From an uncultured Acidimicrobiales bacterium (lineage in GTDB: Bacteria > Actinomycetota > Acidimicrobiia > Acidimicrobiales > Aldehydirespiratoraceae): DNA of 64,000 bases. Where the stretch lies: NCBI GenBank assembly GCA_905480195.1, contig CAJQPN010000001.1, forward strand, positions 145,132 to 209,131, read 5' to 3'. The position numbers and the translations under genes were made by a program. Under the pieces are notes generated by a model. That model saw nothing but the letters and a program-made list of their open reading frames with translations, was not told the DNA's origin and searched no databases. Positions 1-8,475 of the stretch are shown here, in pieces; within the stretch, counting starts at the first letter, position 1; each line of letters starts with the position of its first letter.

Positions 1-45
1 CGATCGATGACGGGGCGACCATGGCGAACGATGATGACCTCCACG

Positions 46-705
46 TCAGTCGCTCGGATAGATCACTCGTAGGGCGGCAACAGCGAGCCCTGCGCCAACC
101 AACTGCATCACTACGAACATCGGCGCGTTTGCCGGGTCGATGCCGGCGAACGTATCGGACAGCGTTCGGGTCACGGTTACTGCCGGGTTGGCGAACGAGG
201 TCGACGACGTGAACCAGTACGCACCACCGATGTACGCGGCAACGGCTCCTGCTACGAGGCGGTCACGGTCCGATCGAACGAGCGCAAAGACGAGGAACAC
301 CAAGCCGAACGTGGCGACGATCTCGCCGATGAACTGGCCCTCGCCTTCACGGACCTTCGCGCTGACGTTGATGGGGTCGAGTTCGAACATCAGGTTGGCA
401 ATCATTGCTCCGACGGCGCCACCTGCGATCTGGGCGGCGATGTAGGGGGCCACGTCCGACCATGGCCGGTCGCCCAGCACTGCTTCGGCGAGCGTCACCA
501 CCGGGTTGAAATGAGCCCCACTCACCGGACCGAACATCACAATGATGGTGTAGAGGACACCGACTGTTGCGGCCGCATTCGCCAGAAGCTGCAGACCAAC
601 ATCGTCGGTCAGCCGCTCGGCCATGATTCCCGACCCAATAACTCCGGCCAGAAGAAACAGCGTGCCGATGAACTCCGCGAGCAGTCGTCGAGGTGCGTCG
701 TTCAC
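46..705 (-). CDS. Aquaporin / MIP-family channel protein
   Basis: ORF 46..858(-). Two hemi-pore motifs, 'HFNPVVT' (NPV variant) and 'FANPAVT' (NPA), plus repeated hydrophobic segments. Start placed at the in-frame GTG at 705 ('VNDAPRRLLAEF'). The 51 upstream codons are Gly/Pro/Arg-rich with visibly lower third-position GC. The TTG at 858 is the alternative start. Confidence 0.85.
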   Translation of the reverse strand: MNDAPRRLLAEFIGTLFLLAGVIGSGIMAERLTDDVGLQLLANAAATVGVLYTIIVMFGPVSGAHFNPVVTLAEAVLGDRPWSDVAPYIAAQIAGGAVGAMIANLMFELDPINVSAKVREGEGQFIGEIVATFGLVFLVFALVRSDRDRLVAGAVAAYIGGAYWFTSSTSFANPAVTVTRTLSDTFAGIDPANAPMFVVMQLVGAGLAVAALRVIYPSD

Positions 706-971
706 GTGTCCGGTTCTAGCACCGGTGGCAGACCGGGGCTTGGGCCCGGCCGCCGGTTTCCGCCGACCGGACCCTAGTTTCCCTGGAGGGGGATCGGAGA
801 CACTCACGCCTCCGAGCAGGTGATGCACGGCCCTGCTTCCGCAGATCACCGAACCCAATGTCGACTCTAGTCGAAAGGCGCAACGCTGTCAGATCGAGAC
901 GTAAACAAATCGAAACGGAACCGAAACGCTCAGTATCTTGTTTTCTTCTGCTCCCGTTGGCGGCTGACGTT

Positions 972-1568
972 TCAAAGCGTGGTGACTCCCCCGTCATAGG
1001 TGCGTTCATGGCCGAGTTGTGTTCCTGAGAAGGCTTCTTCCACATTTCGATAGTGCGACAGAGCGGTAAGGAACGAGATCGTGGGTGCAAGCGCACGCAG
1101 TCCCCCCACCGCAAGCCGATTGAGCGTGTTGCTTGGGCGCCCCCCCACATCGACAAGCTCCGGATCGCACACCGCCGCCTCGCCTCCCGGATACCGGGCC
1201 AAAAAGAAGCGGGTGTCATAGCGGCGGGGTGTCCCCTGAGGGGTGACCCAATGACCGACGGCCACGAATCGGGCGCCGTCGATGACTGCCTCAGCCTGAG
1301 GCCAGAGACCAACCTCCTCGCGGCTTTCGCAGACGGCCGCATGGAGATACCCGGCAGCATCGGCTGCCGAGAGACCCGGTGCCGAAGCGCCCAGAACGCG
1401 CTGCGGCCCGACCTCGAAATCGACGGCATCAACTGCACCGCCGGGAAAGACGATCCTGTCGCCCACGAACGCGCCGGGTCGCCGCTTGCCGATGAGCACG
1501 TGCAGGTCGGGACGGTCATCGATGATGACCATCGATGCAGCTGCGAGCGCAGGGACGGGTTTAGTCAC
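972..1568 (-). CDS. NUDIX-family hydrolase
   Basis: 198-aa ORF with a Nudix-box-like 'FPGGAVD...ESREEVGL'. The spacing is longer than the canonical box. The GTG start overlaps the TGA stop of the upstream SDR gene (GTGA). Confidence 0.7.
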   Translation of the reverse strand: MTKPVPALAAASMVIIDDRPDLHVLIGKRRPGAFVGDRIVFPGGAVDAVDFEVGPQRVLGASAPGLSAADAAGYLHAAVCESREEVGLWPQAEAVIDGARFVAVGHWVTPQGTPRRYDTRFFLARYPGGEAAVCDPELVDVGGRPSNTLNRLAVGGLRALAPTISFLTALSHYRNVEEAFSGTQLGHERTYDGGVTTL

Positions 1569-2350
1569 GTGTCGAAGTACTCGCCGGCGTTCACGATGAT
1601 GCGTTGACCAGTGACCATCCGACTCCGATCAGACAGGAAGAAGATCACCGACTCGGCGACGTCGGCATCGGTAGGCATCTCCCGCAGGGCCATTCCCGAC
1701 TCGATCTCGGCCTTGATGTCGGCGGGCTCGACCCCGCGCTCACTCGCCTGCCACTTGCAGTAGAGCTCGACGTTCGGACCCCACATCCACGTCGGAACGA
1801 CCGTGTTCACCCGGATTCCGTCAGGCCCGAGGTCGTTGGCTAGGTCGCGGGCGACGGCGATCAACGCCGCCTTCGAGGGACCGTAGGGCCCTTGGGGTAC
1901 CGGGTTCGGCTTATGTGCCGATTGCGATCCGATGATCACGATCGAACCGCCGCCGTTCACCCGCAGTGCCGGCACACAGGCTCGCACGAGGTTCGTCGTG
2001 CCAAACACGTTGACCTCAAGCACCGATCGGAACGTCTCATCGTCGGTATCGAGCAACGTACCGATGATGGCGTCGTAGGCGGCAACGTTCACCACGCCGT
2101 CGAGCGCACCGAACTTCGCCACGCCGGCATCAACGGCTGCTGTCACCGCACCACAATCCATGATGTCGGCACCGATCGCGAGTGTGCGCCCCCCCGATGG
2201 GTCGAGCTCGGCCATGGCCGCTTCCAGTCGTTCCAGGTTCCGGGCGGTGGCGATGACGTTTGCGCCGTCGCGCAACGCAGCGGCTGCGCACGAGCCACCG
2301 AGCCCGGGACCAACTCCGGAGATGAGAATCGTCTTGCCATTGAGCACCAT
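1565..2350 (-). CDS. Short-chain dehydrogenase/reductase (SDR)
   Basis: 261 aa. N-terminal Gly-rich dinucleotide motif 'ISGVGPGLGGS' and catalytic YxxxK ('YGPSKAAL'). ATG start. Confidence 0.9.
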   Translation of the reverse strand: MVLNGKTILISGVGPGLGGSCAAAALRDGANVIATARNLERLEAAMAELDPSGGRTLAIGADIMDCGAVTAAVDAGVAKFGALDGVVNVAAYDAIIGTLLDTDDETFRSVLEVNVFGTTNLVRACVPALRVNGGGSIVIIGSQSAHKPNPVPQGPYGPSKAALIAVARDLANDLGPDGIRVNTVVPTWMWGPNVELYCKWQASERGVEPADIKAEIESGMALREMPTDADVAESVIFFLSDRSRMVTGQRIIVNAGEYFDT

Positions 2351-2367
2351 CGGCTCAGCCTCGCGGA

Positions 2368-3867
2368 TCAGCCCGGGGTGAACCAGTCGACGGGTGTCGG
2401 CTGGTCAGCGCAGTCGATGGCCGGCGCGGCTCCGCCGTCTTTGATGAAGGCAGCGACGATTCCCTGGACGCAGTTGTTGCCGATCCAGATGCCATGACTG
2501 CGTCCCCCCTGAGTGACCAGCGTGCTGTTCGACAGCGACTCAGCCACGGCTTCTGCATACGCCGGTGGCGTGATCGGATCGAAGGTGCCCGAGAGCAGCA
2601 AGACCGGCAGGTTCGAAAAGATCGGGCCGGGCGTCGCTTGCCGTGTTACCGGCCATGCTGCACACGACTCAGCCAAAGCCGTCGTGACGATTGCACCGGA
2701 AAACCCATCGATGGTGGCGTCGACGCCGCCGGCTTGATCGAGGCGCTCTGCGCACTGCACGGCGAAGAAGGAGCCCTCATTGTTGGCATCGTGGACCGAC
2801 GCAAGCATCCGGCTCCCGGTGGCTGTGAGCCAGCGCGCTGCGTTGCCATCACCCACCTCGATCCCGGCGATGGCGCCAGGAAGCCCGGCGATGGTTTGCT
2901 CGCTGTAGAGCAACAGGAACGTGAGTTCGGCGAGCCGGCGCCCGTCGAGTCGGACCGTGACATCGAAACCGAAACCGTTTTCCCCTTGCGCGAGAGGGAC
3001 CACCATCGGTTGGCCATCGAGCTTGGCAACGGTGCGGTCGAGGAGGGCGGCGAAGTCGTCGGTCGTGGTTGAGCACTCGGCACTCGCCGCACAGGCGGTG
3101 GCGATCGCATTGATCGAAGACTGTGCCGACTCGGCGATAGCACGATCGAGATCGAGCCAAATGGGGTACACCCCGTCGAGCACGACACCTGCGAGTCCGG
3201 GCCGCACCTCGCGAAGGAGTTCCATTGCGATCGTCGTGCCGTAAGACACGCCGTACGCGTACCACTCGTCGACGTGGCCGAGGCCGAGCATCACCGTCAT
3301 GACGTCGTCTGCGTGCAGCGCGGAGTCGGCATGCTCCAGCAGGGGCTCGTCGGCGAGGCGCTCAGCGCACGCAGCGAGAGCCGCATCACGAGCAGCGTCG
3401 GCCTTGGGGAGCTCAAGCGTGAGGAGCTGGGGTAGGACAACGTCGTACTCGGGACAGTCGAGATCGACCTTCGTGAAACCGGTACCGCGCTGATCGATGA
3501 AGACCTGGGTGAATGGCTGCCGGGGCACCCATCCGGCGAGATCGGTGCTCGCACCGCCCGGGCCGCCCTGAAGCACCGCTATCGCGCCCGAACCTGCGTC
3601 GGATCCGCTCAGCGTTGCAATCGAGATACCGATCGTGCCCGCTGTCGCGTCGTCAGGGTCGAGGAGAAGTTCCACGATCCCACACGCCAGACCGTCTCGC
3701 GTGATGTGATCGGGACAATCGACCTGCTCGAAGATCGGTTCGAAAAGCCAAGCAACATCGGTTCGCTCGGCATGTTCGCGATCGGTGGTCGTGGTGAGCA
3801 GCGGAGCAGCGGACTCGTCTTGGGCACACGCCGAAGCAAGCGCTGCCAAGACGAGCGCAGCCGCCAT
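2368..3867 (-). CDS. Secreted alpha/beta hydrolase, Tap-like (S33) aminopeptidase family, lipoprotein
   Basis: ORF 2368..4125(-). 'LQGGPGGAS' and nucleophile elbow 'GVSYG'. Start moved to the ATG at 3867, giving 'MAAALVLAALASAC' (signal peptide plus lipobox Cys). This removes the overlap with the upstream gene that ends at 3882. Confidence 0.8.
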   Translation of the reverse strand: MAAALVLAALASACAQDESAAPLLTTTTDREHAERTDVAWLFEPIFEQVDCPDHITRDGLACGIVELLLDPDDATAGTIGISIATLSGSDAGSGAIAVLQGGPGGASTDLAGWVPRQPFTQVFIDQRGTGFTKVDLDCPEYDVVLPQLLTLELPKADAARDAALAACAERLADEPLLEHADSALHADDVMTVMLGLGHVDEWYAYGVSYGTTIAMELLREVRPGLAGVVLDGVYPIWLDLDRAIAESAQSSINAIATACAASAECSTTTDDFAALLDRTVAKLDGQPMVVPLAQGENGFGFDVTVRLDGRRLAELTFLLLYSEQTIAGLPGAIAGIEVGDGNAARWLTATGSRMLASVHDANNEGSFFAVQCAERLDQAGGVDATIDGFSGAIVTTALAESCAAWPVTRQATPGPIFSNLPVLLLSGTFDPITPPAYAEAVAESLSNSTLVTQGGRSHGIWIGNNCVQGIVAAFIKDGGAAPAIDCADQPTPVDWFTPG

Positions 3868-3881
3868 TGCGCATCCTCGTG

Positions 3882-4682
3882 TCACCAGAGTTGATCGGTG
3901 TAGATGTCGGTACCGACGATCGTGGGAAGGAACGGAGCGGCGAAGCGAACGTCGCCCTTGCCAGCCGCTGAGAGGGCTTCGGCGTAGGCGCGAAAGCGAT
4001 CCCATATCTCCTCGGGTGCAACCTCGAGAAAGAACATCTGCAAACGCCGCTCCGGCGGACCCGGGGGCATGCCGAGATCCATCGGTGCGTTCTCGGTACC
4101 TTCGCCCATCTTGAGGTACCGCCACGACACCATGCTGGCCACTGGTGAATCGTTCATGAGCGCCGGCAACGCCTCACGCTCGAGGTGTGAGCCCAACTCA
4201 TCGTCGGACACGCCATCAGCAGGGTCGACCGCCACCACCGCCAGTCCGGCATAGCCGGCATCGAGCGCCAGTTCGATCGGGACGGGATCATCGTCGCGGT
4301 AATGGTGTTCAGGTTTGTTGACGAGCACGGTGTGGGCGTGCCGACGCTCCATGAATCCGCGGCCGTTCCTGTACAGATCGACGACCTGGTGACCCGCCCA
4401 TGCGAAGTGTTCTTCGTGTTTCCCCTCGAGCACCCAGTAGGTCGCAAGGTACGAGCCCCTGTCGATCGGCGCAGCGACGGCGTCGGCATCGACCGGGAAT
4501 CGGAGATCTTTCATCGCCCGAGTTGCGACCCACCGCTTTCCGGCGAACAGCCACGGGCCGATCATGCAGCCTGCGTAGAAATGATCTCGCTCGTACCAAC
4601 GGTTGTACTCGACCTCGTGGCCCTGGTTGGGCTCCACGAGGGTGAAGAGCGCCGAACCTGCGATGATCGGAGAGTCGTTCAT
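3882..4682 (-). CDS. Conserved hypothetical protein (possible tandem EthD/DUF4286-like alpha+beta barrel)
   Basis: 266 aa with high third-position GC. AAGGA-type RBS ('gcaaaggaacATG'). The motif 'EYNRWYERDHF' resembles the NxWYxxxH signature of EthD-like ferredoxin-fold proteins. The fold assignment is by eye only. Confidence 0.6.
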   Translation of the reverse strand: MNDSPIIAGSALFTLVEPNQGHEVEYNRWYERDHFYAGCMIGPWLFAGKRWVATRAMKDLRFPVDADAVAAPIDRGSYLATYWVLEGKHEEHFAWAGHQVVDLYRNGRGFMERRHAHTVLVNKPEHHYRDDDPVPIELALDAGYAGLAVVAVDPADGVSDDELGSHLEREALPALMNDSPVASMVSWRYLKMGEGTENAPMDLGMPPGPPERRLQMFFLEVAPEEIWDRFRAYAEALSAAGKGDVRFAAPFLPTIVGTDIYTDQLW

Positions 4683-4692
4683 GTTCCTTTGC

Positions 4693-5163
4693 TTAGGAGT
4701 CGAAGACGGTTCGGCCGATCCACTCTGCGATCAGCGCCGGTTTTTCTTCGCCCTCGATCTCGACGGTGAAAGAGCGGGTCGAGTTGATGGCGGTGCCCTT
4801 CAGTTCGACGTTGCTGGTGACCGCCTTGGCCCGAATGCGTTTGCCCGATCGCACAGGGTTCACGAAGCGAACCTTGTCGAAGCCGTAGTTGATACCCATC
4901 TGAACGCCTTCGAGCTTCGGGCCGTCGTTGGGCACGGTGCTCGAGAGGTGCACGAGCATCGAGAGCGTGAGGAAGCCGTGCGCAATGGTGCCACCGAAGA
5001 TTGGCGCAGCGCGTTCGGGATCGAGGTGGATGAACTGGTGGTCGAGGGTGCAGTCGGCGAACTGGTTGATCTGGTCCTGCGTGATCTCGAACCATTCGCC
5101 AATTGCTTCGTCTTGGCCTACGCGGGCACTCAGAGCCTCGTAGGCGGCTGCGGCGTTGCTCAT
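4693..5163 (-). CDS. MaoC-like (R)-specific enoyl-CoA hydratase/dehydratase
   Basis: 156 aa. Hot-dog fold signature 'DHQFIHLDPERAA...FGGTIAHGFLTLS'. The ATG overlaps the LysR gene stop (ATGA). Confidence 0.85.
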   Translation of the reverse strand: MSNAAAAYEALSARVGQDEAIGEWFEITQDQINQFADCTLDHQFIHLDPERAAPIFGGTIAHGFLTLSMLVHLSSTVPNDGPKLEGVQMGINYGFDKVRFVNPVRSGKRIRAKAVTSNVELKGTAINSTRSFTVEIEGEEKPALIAEWIGRTVFDS

Positions 5164-6071
5164 GTCGGTACTCCCCCAGTCGATGGTCTCGAAAGACTAG
5201 GGGACGGCGACGTCTCGGCGCGAAGCGCAGCGGTCAACATCTCGACTGCCGGGTCACTCGCTGCGCCTCGACGGGTGGCGATCACCAGTCGGCGTTCGGA
5301 AATGACTTTGCCGGGCGCGAGGTCACCGGCTTGCACGACCGGAAGCGCGGTGGCTCCGACACCGAGAGAGACCATCGTGCGCAAGACTTCGGGCTGGTTC
5401 GACTCGGCGACGATATCGAGTGGTACGCCGAGTTCGACCAGCGCCGCTTCGATGACTGCACGCGTGTGCGAGCCGGTGGCGAACAGGACCCACGGACCCC
5501 AGCGAGCCGGATCACGGTTCAGTCGACCCGTGGGGGTGAATACCGCAAGAGGTTCAACGAAGAGCTCCTCGAGCTCGATACCGGGACGTTTCCCGGCGTC
5601 GGTTGGCGCGACACACACCGCCATGTCGAGATCACCGGTCTCGACCAGATCGAGTAGCGCTCCCGAGGGCGCGACGCGGAGCATGATGTTGAGGTCGTCG
5701 TGGTCGTCTCGGAACTGTCGAAGTGTGTTGGGGTAATGGCCGACTGCAGCAGCATCGATCATGCCGACGCGAAGCCGCCCAGACCGTCCACTTCGAACCC
5801 GTTCGGCCCAGTTCGCAAGGTCGCCGGTAAGGGCCACGACCTGCCGCGCATGGGCAAGCACCGGTTCGGCACTGTGCCGGAGGGTCCGACGCCGGCCGTT
5901 GCGGTCGAACAGTGATACCCCCACACGGCGTTCAAGTTCGGCGAGTCCCTGCGAAAGTGCCGAGGCCGACACGCCAACCGAATCGGCTGCGATCGACCAG
6001 GACGGAGCGGTCGAGACTGCGACCAGGTACTCGAGTTGACGAATTGAGAGATCGGGAAGGGCCTGGTTCAC
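5160..6071 (-). CDS. LysR-family transcriptional regulator
   Basis: N-terminal HTH 'IRQLEYLVAVSTAPSWSIAADSVGVSASALSQGLAELERRVGVSLFDR' followed by a LysR substrate-binding-type C-terminus. The ORF extends to a GTG at 6101. I prefer the GTG at 6071 because 6075-6140 is conspicuously AT-rich (promoter-like) in this high-GC sequence. Confidence 0.8.
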   Translation of the reverse strand: MNQALPDLSIRQLEYLVAVSTAPSWSIAADSVGVSASALSQGLAELERRVGVSLFDRNGRRRTLRHSAEPVLAHARQVVALTGDLANWAERVRSGRSGRLRVGMIDAAAVGHYPNTLRQFRDDHDDLNIMLRVAPSGALLDLVETGDLDMAVCVAPTDAGKRPGIELEELFVEPLAVFTPTGRLNRDPARWGPWVLFATGSHTRAVIEAALVELGVPLDIVAESNQPEVLRTMVSLGVGATALPVVQAGDLAPGKVISERRLVIATRRGAASDPAVEMLTAALRAETSPSPSLSRPSTGGVPT

Positions 6072-6140
6072 CCTCTGCACAATAGTGTAGATTTCCTTCA
6101 CTGTTCATCTTTATTGTTCACGAATACTTAGTCTTTTGCC

Positions 6141-7442
6141 ATGACAAAACGTGAAATCGCGCCCGCGGCCGGCAAGCTCGGAGTTCTGACCCCCGGCCTC
6201 GGAGCCGTCGCTTCGACGTTCATCGCCGGAGTCCTCTCGGCCCGCCAGACCGGGGTCGCTCCACTCGGTTCGGTCAGCCAAATGGCACACATCCGCCTTG
6301 GAACCCGCGAAGAGGGACGCAATCCGCTTATCAAGGACTTCGTTCCACTCGCCTCGCTTGACGACATCATTTTCGGTGGCTGGGACCCGATCTCGGCCAA
6401 CGCGCTCGAAGCAGCCCGCACCTGTGGCGTGCTGGAAGAGAAGGACCTCTCCCCCATCGCCCAAGAACTCGAGAGCGTCGTCGCCATGGACGCCGTCTTC
6501 GATCAGAAGTGGGTGAGCCGTCTCAACGGCACCCGAGTCAAGAGCGCAACCAACAAGTGGGATCAGGCCATGGCCCTCATTGCCGACATCGAGACCTTCC
6601 GAGTCGAAAACGACTGCGACCGCCTCGTCATGGTGTGGTGTGGCTCGACCGAGGCGTTCCAAGAGCCTTCCGCCGTTCACGACTCGGTTGCAACGTTCGA
6701 ACAAGGCCTCAAGGACGACGACGACAACATCTCGCCGTCGCAGATCTACGTCTATGCCGCCCTGCAGAGCGACGTCCCGTTCGCCAACGGCGCCCCGAAC
6801 CTCTCCACCGACCTTCCGTGCATGCAAGAACTGTCGAAGACCCGAGGCGTTCCGATCGCGGGCAAAGACTTCAAGACCGGCCAGACCCTCATGAAGACGC
6901 TGCTGGCGCCGGGCTTGAAGGCTCGAATGCTCGGTCTGCGTGGCTGGTACTCCACCAATATTCTCGGCAATCGCGACGGGGAGGTCCTCGACGCCCCTGA
7001 GAACTTCAAGACAAAAGAAGAATCGAAGCTCGGCGTACTCCACAAGATCCTCGAGCCTGAGCTGTACCCGGACCTCTACGGCAACGTCGACCACGTCGTG
7101 CGGATCAACTACTACCCGCCCCGCGGTGACAACAAGGAGGGCTGGGACGCCATCGACATCTTCGGATGGATGGGATATCCCATGCAGATCAAGATCGACT
7201 TCCTGTGTCGGGACTCGATCCTCGCTGCACCCATCGTGCTCGATCTGGCCCTCTTCATGGACCTTGCAATGCGGGCCGGGGAGTCGGGCGTGCAGGAATG
7301 GTTGAGCTTTTACCTGAAGGCCCCTCAGGCGGCCGGTGACAGCCCCGCTGAGCAGGATCTGTTCATCCAGCAGACCAAACTGAAGAACACCCTTCGCGAA
7401 TGGATGGGCGAACTGCCCGTCACGCACAGCGAGGCTGGCTGA
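6141..7442 (+). CDS. ino1: myo-Inositol-1-phosphate (inositol-3-phosphate) synthase
   Basis: 433 aa. Overall match to the bacterial/archaeal MIPS family: N-terminal Rossmann 'LGVLTPGLGAVASTFIAG' and a central 'NGAPN...GKDFKTGQT' region. Divergent from the LysR gene. Confidence 0.85.
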   Translation: MTKREIAPAAGKLGVLTPGLGAVASTFIAGVLSARQTGVAPLGSVSQMAHIRLGTREEGRNPLIKDFVPLASLDDIIFGGWDPISANALEAARTCGVLEEKDLSPIAQELESVVAMDAVFDQKWVSRLNGTRVKSATNKWDQAMALIADIETFRVENDCDRLVMVWCGSTEAFQEPSAVHDSVATFEQGLKDDDDNISPSQIYVYAALQSDVPFANGAPNLSTDLPCMQELSKTRGVPIAGKDFKTGQTLMKTLLAPGLKARMLGLRGWYSTNILGNRDGEVLDAPENFKTKEESKLGVLHKILEPELYPDLYGNVDHVVRINYYPPRGDNKEGWDAIDIFGWMGYPMQIKIDFLCRDSILAAPIVLDLALFMDLAMRAGESGVQEWLSFYLKAPQAAGDSPAEQDLFIQQTKLKNTLREWMGELPVTHSEAG

Positions 7443-7626
7443 CGTCGGGATCCATTCCTTGCGGCCGGAAGCAGATCCTCACATCGTCGCCGGGCTCGAT
7501 GTCCCAGCTCAGGATCTCGTCGGTGGAGCGGTTGCCCTCGGTGTTGGGGAATAGCAGCAGGCCATCTCCGCTGGACGCGACGTCGCTCACATGCTGACGG
7601 GTGACGATGCCCGCCATGTCTGACAC
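7420..7626 (-). CDS. Small hypothetical protein (68 aa)
   Basis: GTG-initiated ORF 36 nt downstream of the esterase gene on the same strand. Third codon positions are almost all G/C, as in the confirmed genes. No recognisable domain. The 3' end overlaps the ino1 3' end by 23 nt (convergent). Confidence 0.5.
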   Translation of the reverse strand: MSDMAGIVTRQHVSDVASSGDGLLLFPNTEGNRSTDEILSWDIEPGDDVRICFRPQGMDPDVSQPRCA

Positions 7627-7662
7627 GGGAGGACCTCTCGGGCTGCACGCGATCAGCGGAGC

Positions 7663-8475
7663 CTAAAGGTCATCGATGTACCCGAGCACGTACTCCCAGG
7701 TCGGGGAGTTCGGTGAGATGACGTCGAAGTGGCCGGCGTCGGGGAACACGATGATGTCGGCTCCGGCTGCATCGGCGTAGGGCTGGACGTAGGCGGGTGG
7801 CACCGTGTCGTCCTTGCCGCCCTGGACGATGAGCTGCGGCACCTTCACGGGGAGCCGACGAGCCGGGTCGGCGGCGTCGTAGGCCGCCGGGATCTCGTCG
7901 GGCCGACCACCCATGAACGCCTCGACGGCACCGCGGCCGAGGTCGAGTGAGTTGGCAAGGTCGGCGACCGGTGCCTGCCCCACGACGAGCCGTGGGGTCA
8001 CGACGGCGTCGTCGCGCTGACCGACCCACAGCGCAAGGTGTCCGCCTGCCGAGTGGCCCACCACGTAAACCCGTTCGAGATCGAGCGGGGCATCCACGCG
8101 CGTCATCGCATCGATGGCGGCGGCCACGTCGTCGAGCGTGCCCGGGTAGCCACCGCCCGGGTCTCCGACCCGACGGTACTCGATGTTCCACGTGGCATAG
8201 CCGTGCTTACGAGCGTCGGCCGCCTGCTCGTGGGCCAGCGACAGGTCGTAGCGGTTTCGCCAGAACCCACCATGAATGAACACGATGACCGGAAACGGGC
8301 CGTCGCCGTCAGGAGTACGAAGCTCGACGAACTGTTGTGGCGCGTCCCCATACCGAACAACCCCACCGATACTGATCTCGAGCATCGGCTCCGTCACGGC
8401 AGCCTCCGAGACCGAACCCCCGCATGCCGCTGCAAGGAAACCGAGGGCCAGCACGATGACACCCGCACGGCGCAC
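7663..8475 (-). CDS. Alpha/beta hydrolase (esterase/arylformamidase-like), lipoprotein
   Basis: 'VFIHGGFW' oxyanion motif and 'GHSAGG' nucleophile elbow. N-terminal 'VLALGFLAAACGG' lipoprotein signal. The GTG start directly abuts the stop of the upstream CoA-transferase gene. Confidence 0.85.
   Translation of the reverse strand: MRRAGVIVLALGFLAAACGGSVSEAAVTEPMLEISIGGVVRYGDAPQQFVELRTPDGDGPFPVIVFIHGGFWRNRYDLSLAHEQAADARKHGYATWNIEYRRVGDPGGGYPGTLDDVAAAIDAMTRVDAPLDLERVYVVGHSAGGHLALWVGQRDDAVVTPRLVVGQAPVADLANSLDLGRGAVEAFMGGRPDEIPAAYDAADPARRLPVKVPQLIVQGGKDDTVPPAYVQPYADAAGADIIVFPDAGHFDVISPNSPTWEYVLGYIDDL

Noticed and set aside
6111-7427. 438-aa ORF on the minus strand
   Set aside because: It is exactly antisense to ino1, whose product is clearly recognisable. 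In high-GC DNA the frame opposite a gene is depleted of AT-rich stop codons, which produces long shadow ORFs. The translation is Arg/Gly/Val/Asp-rich with no motifs.
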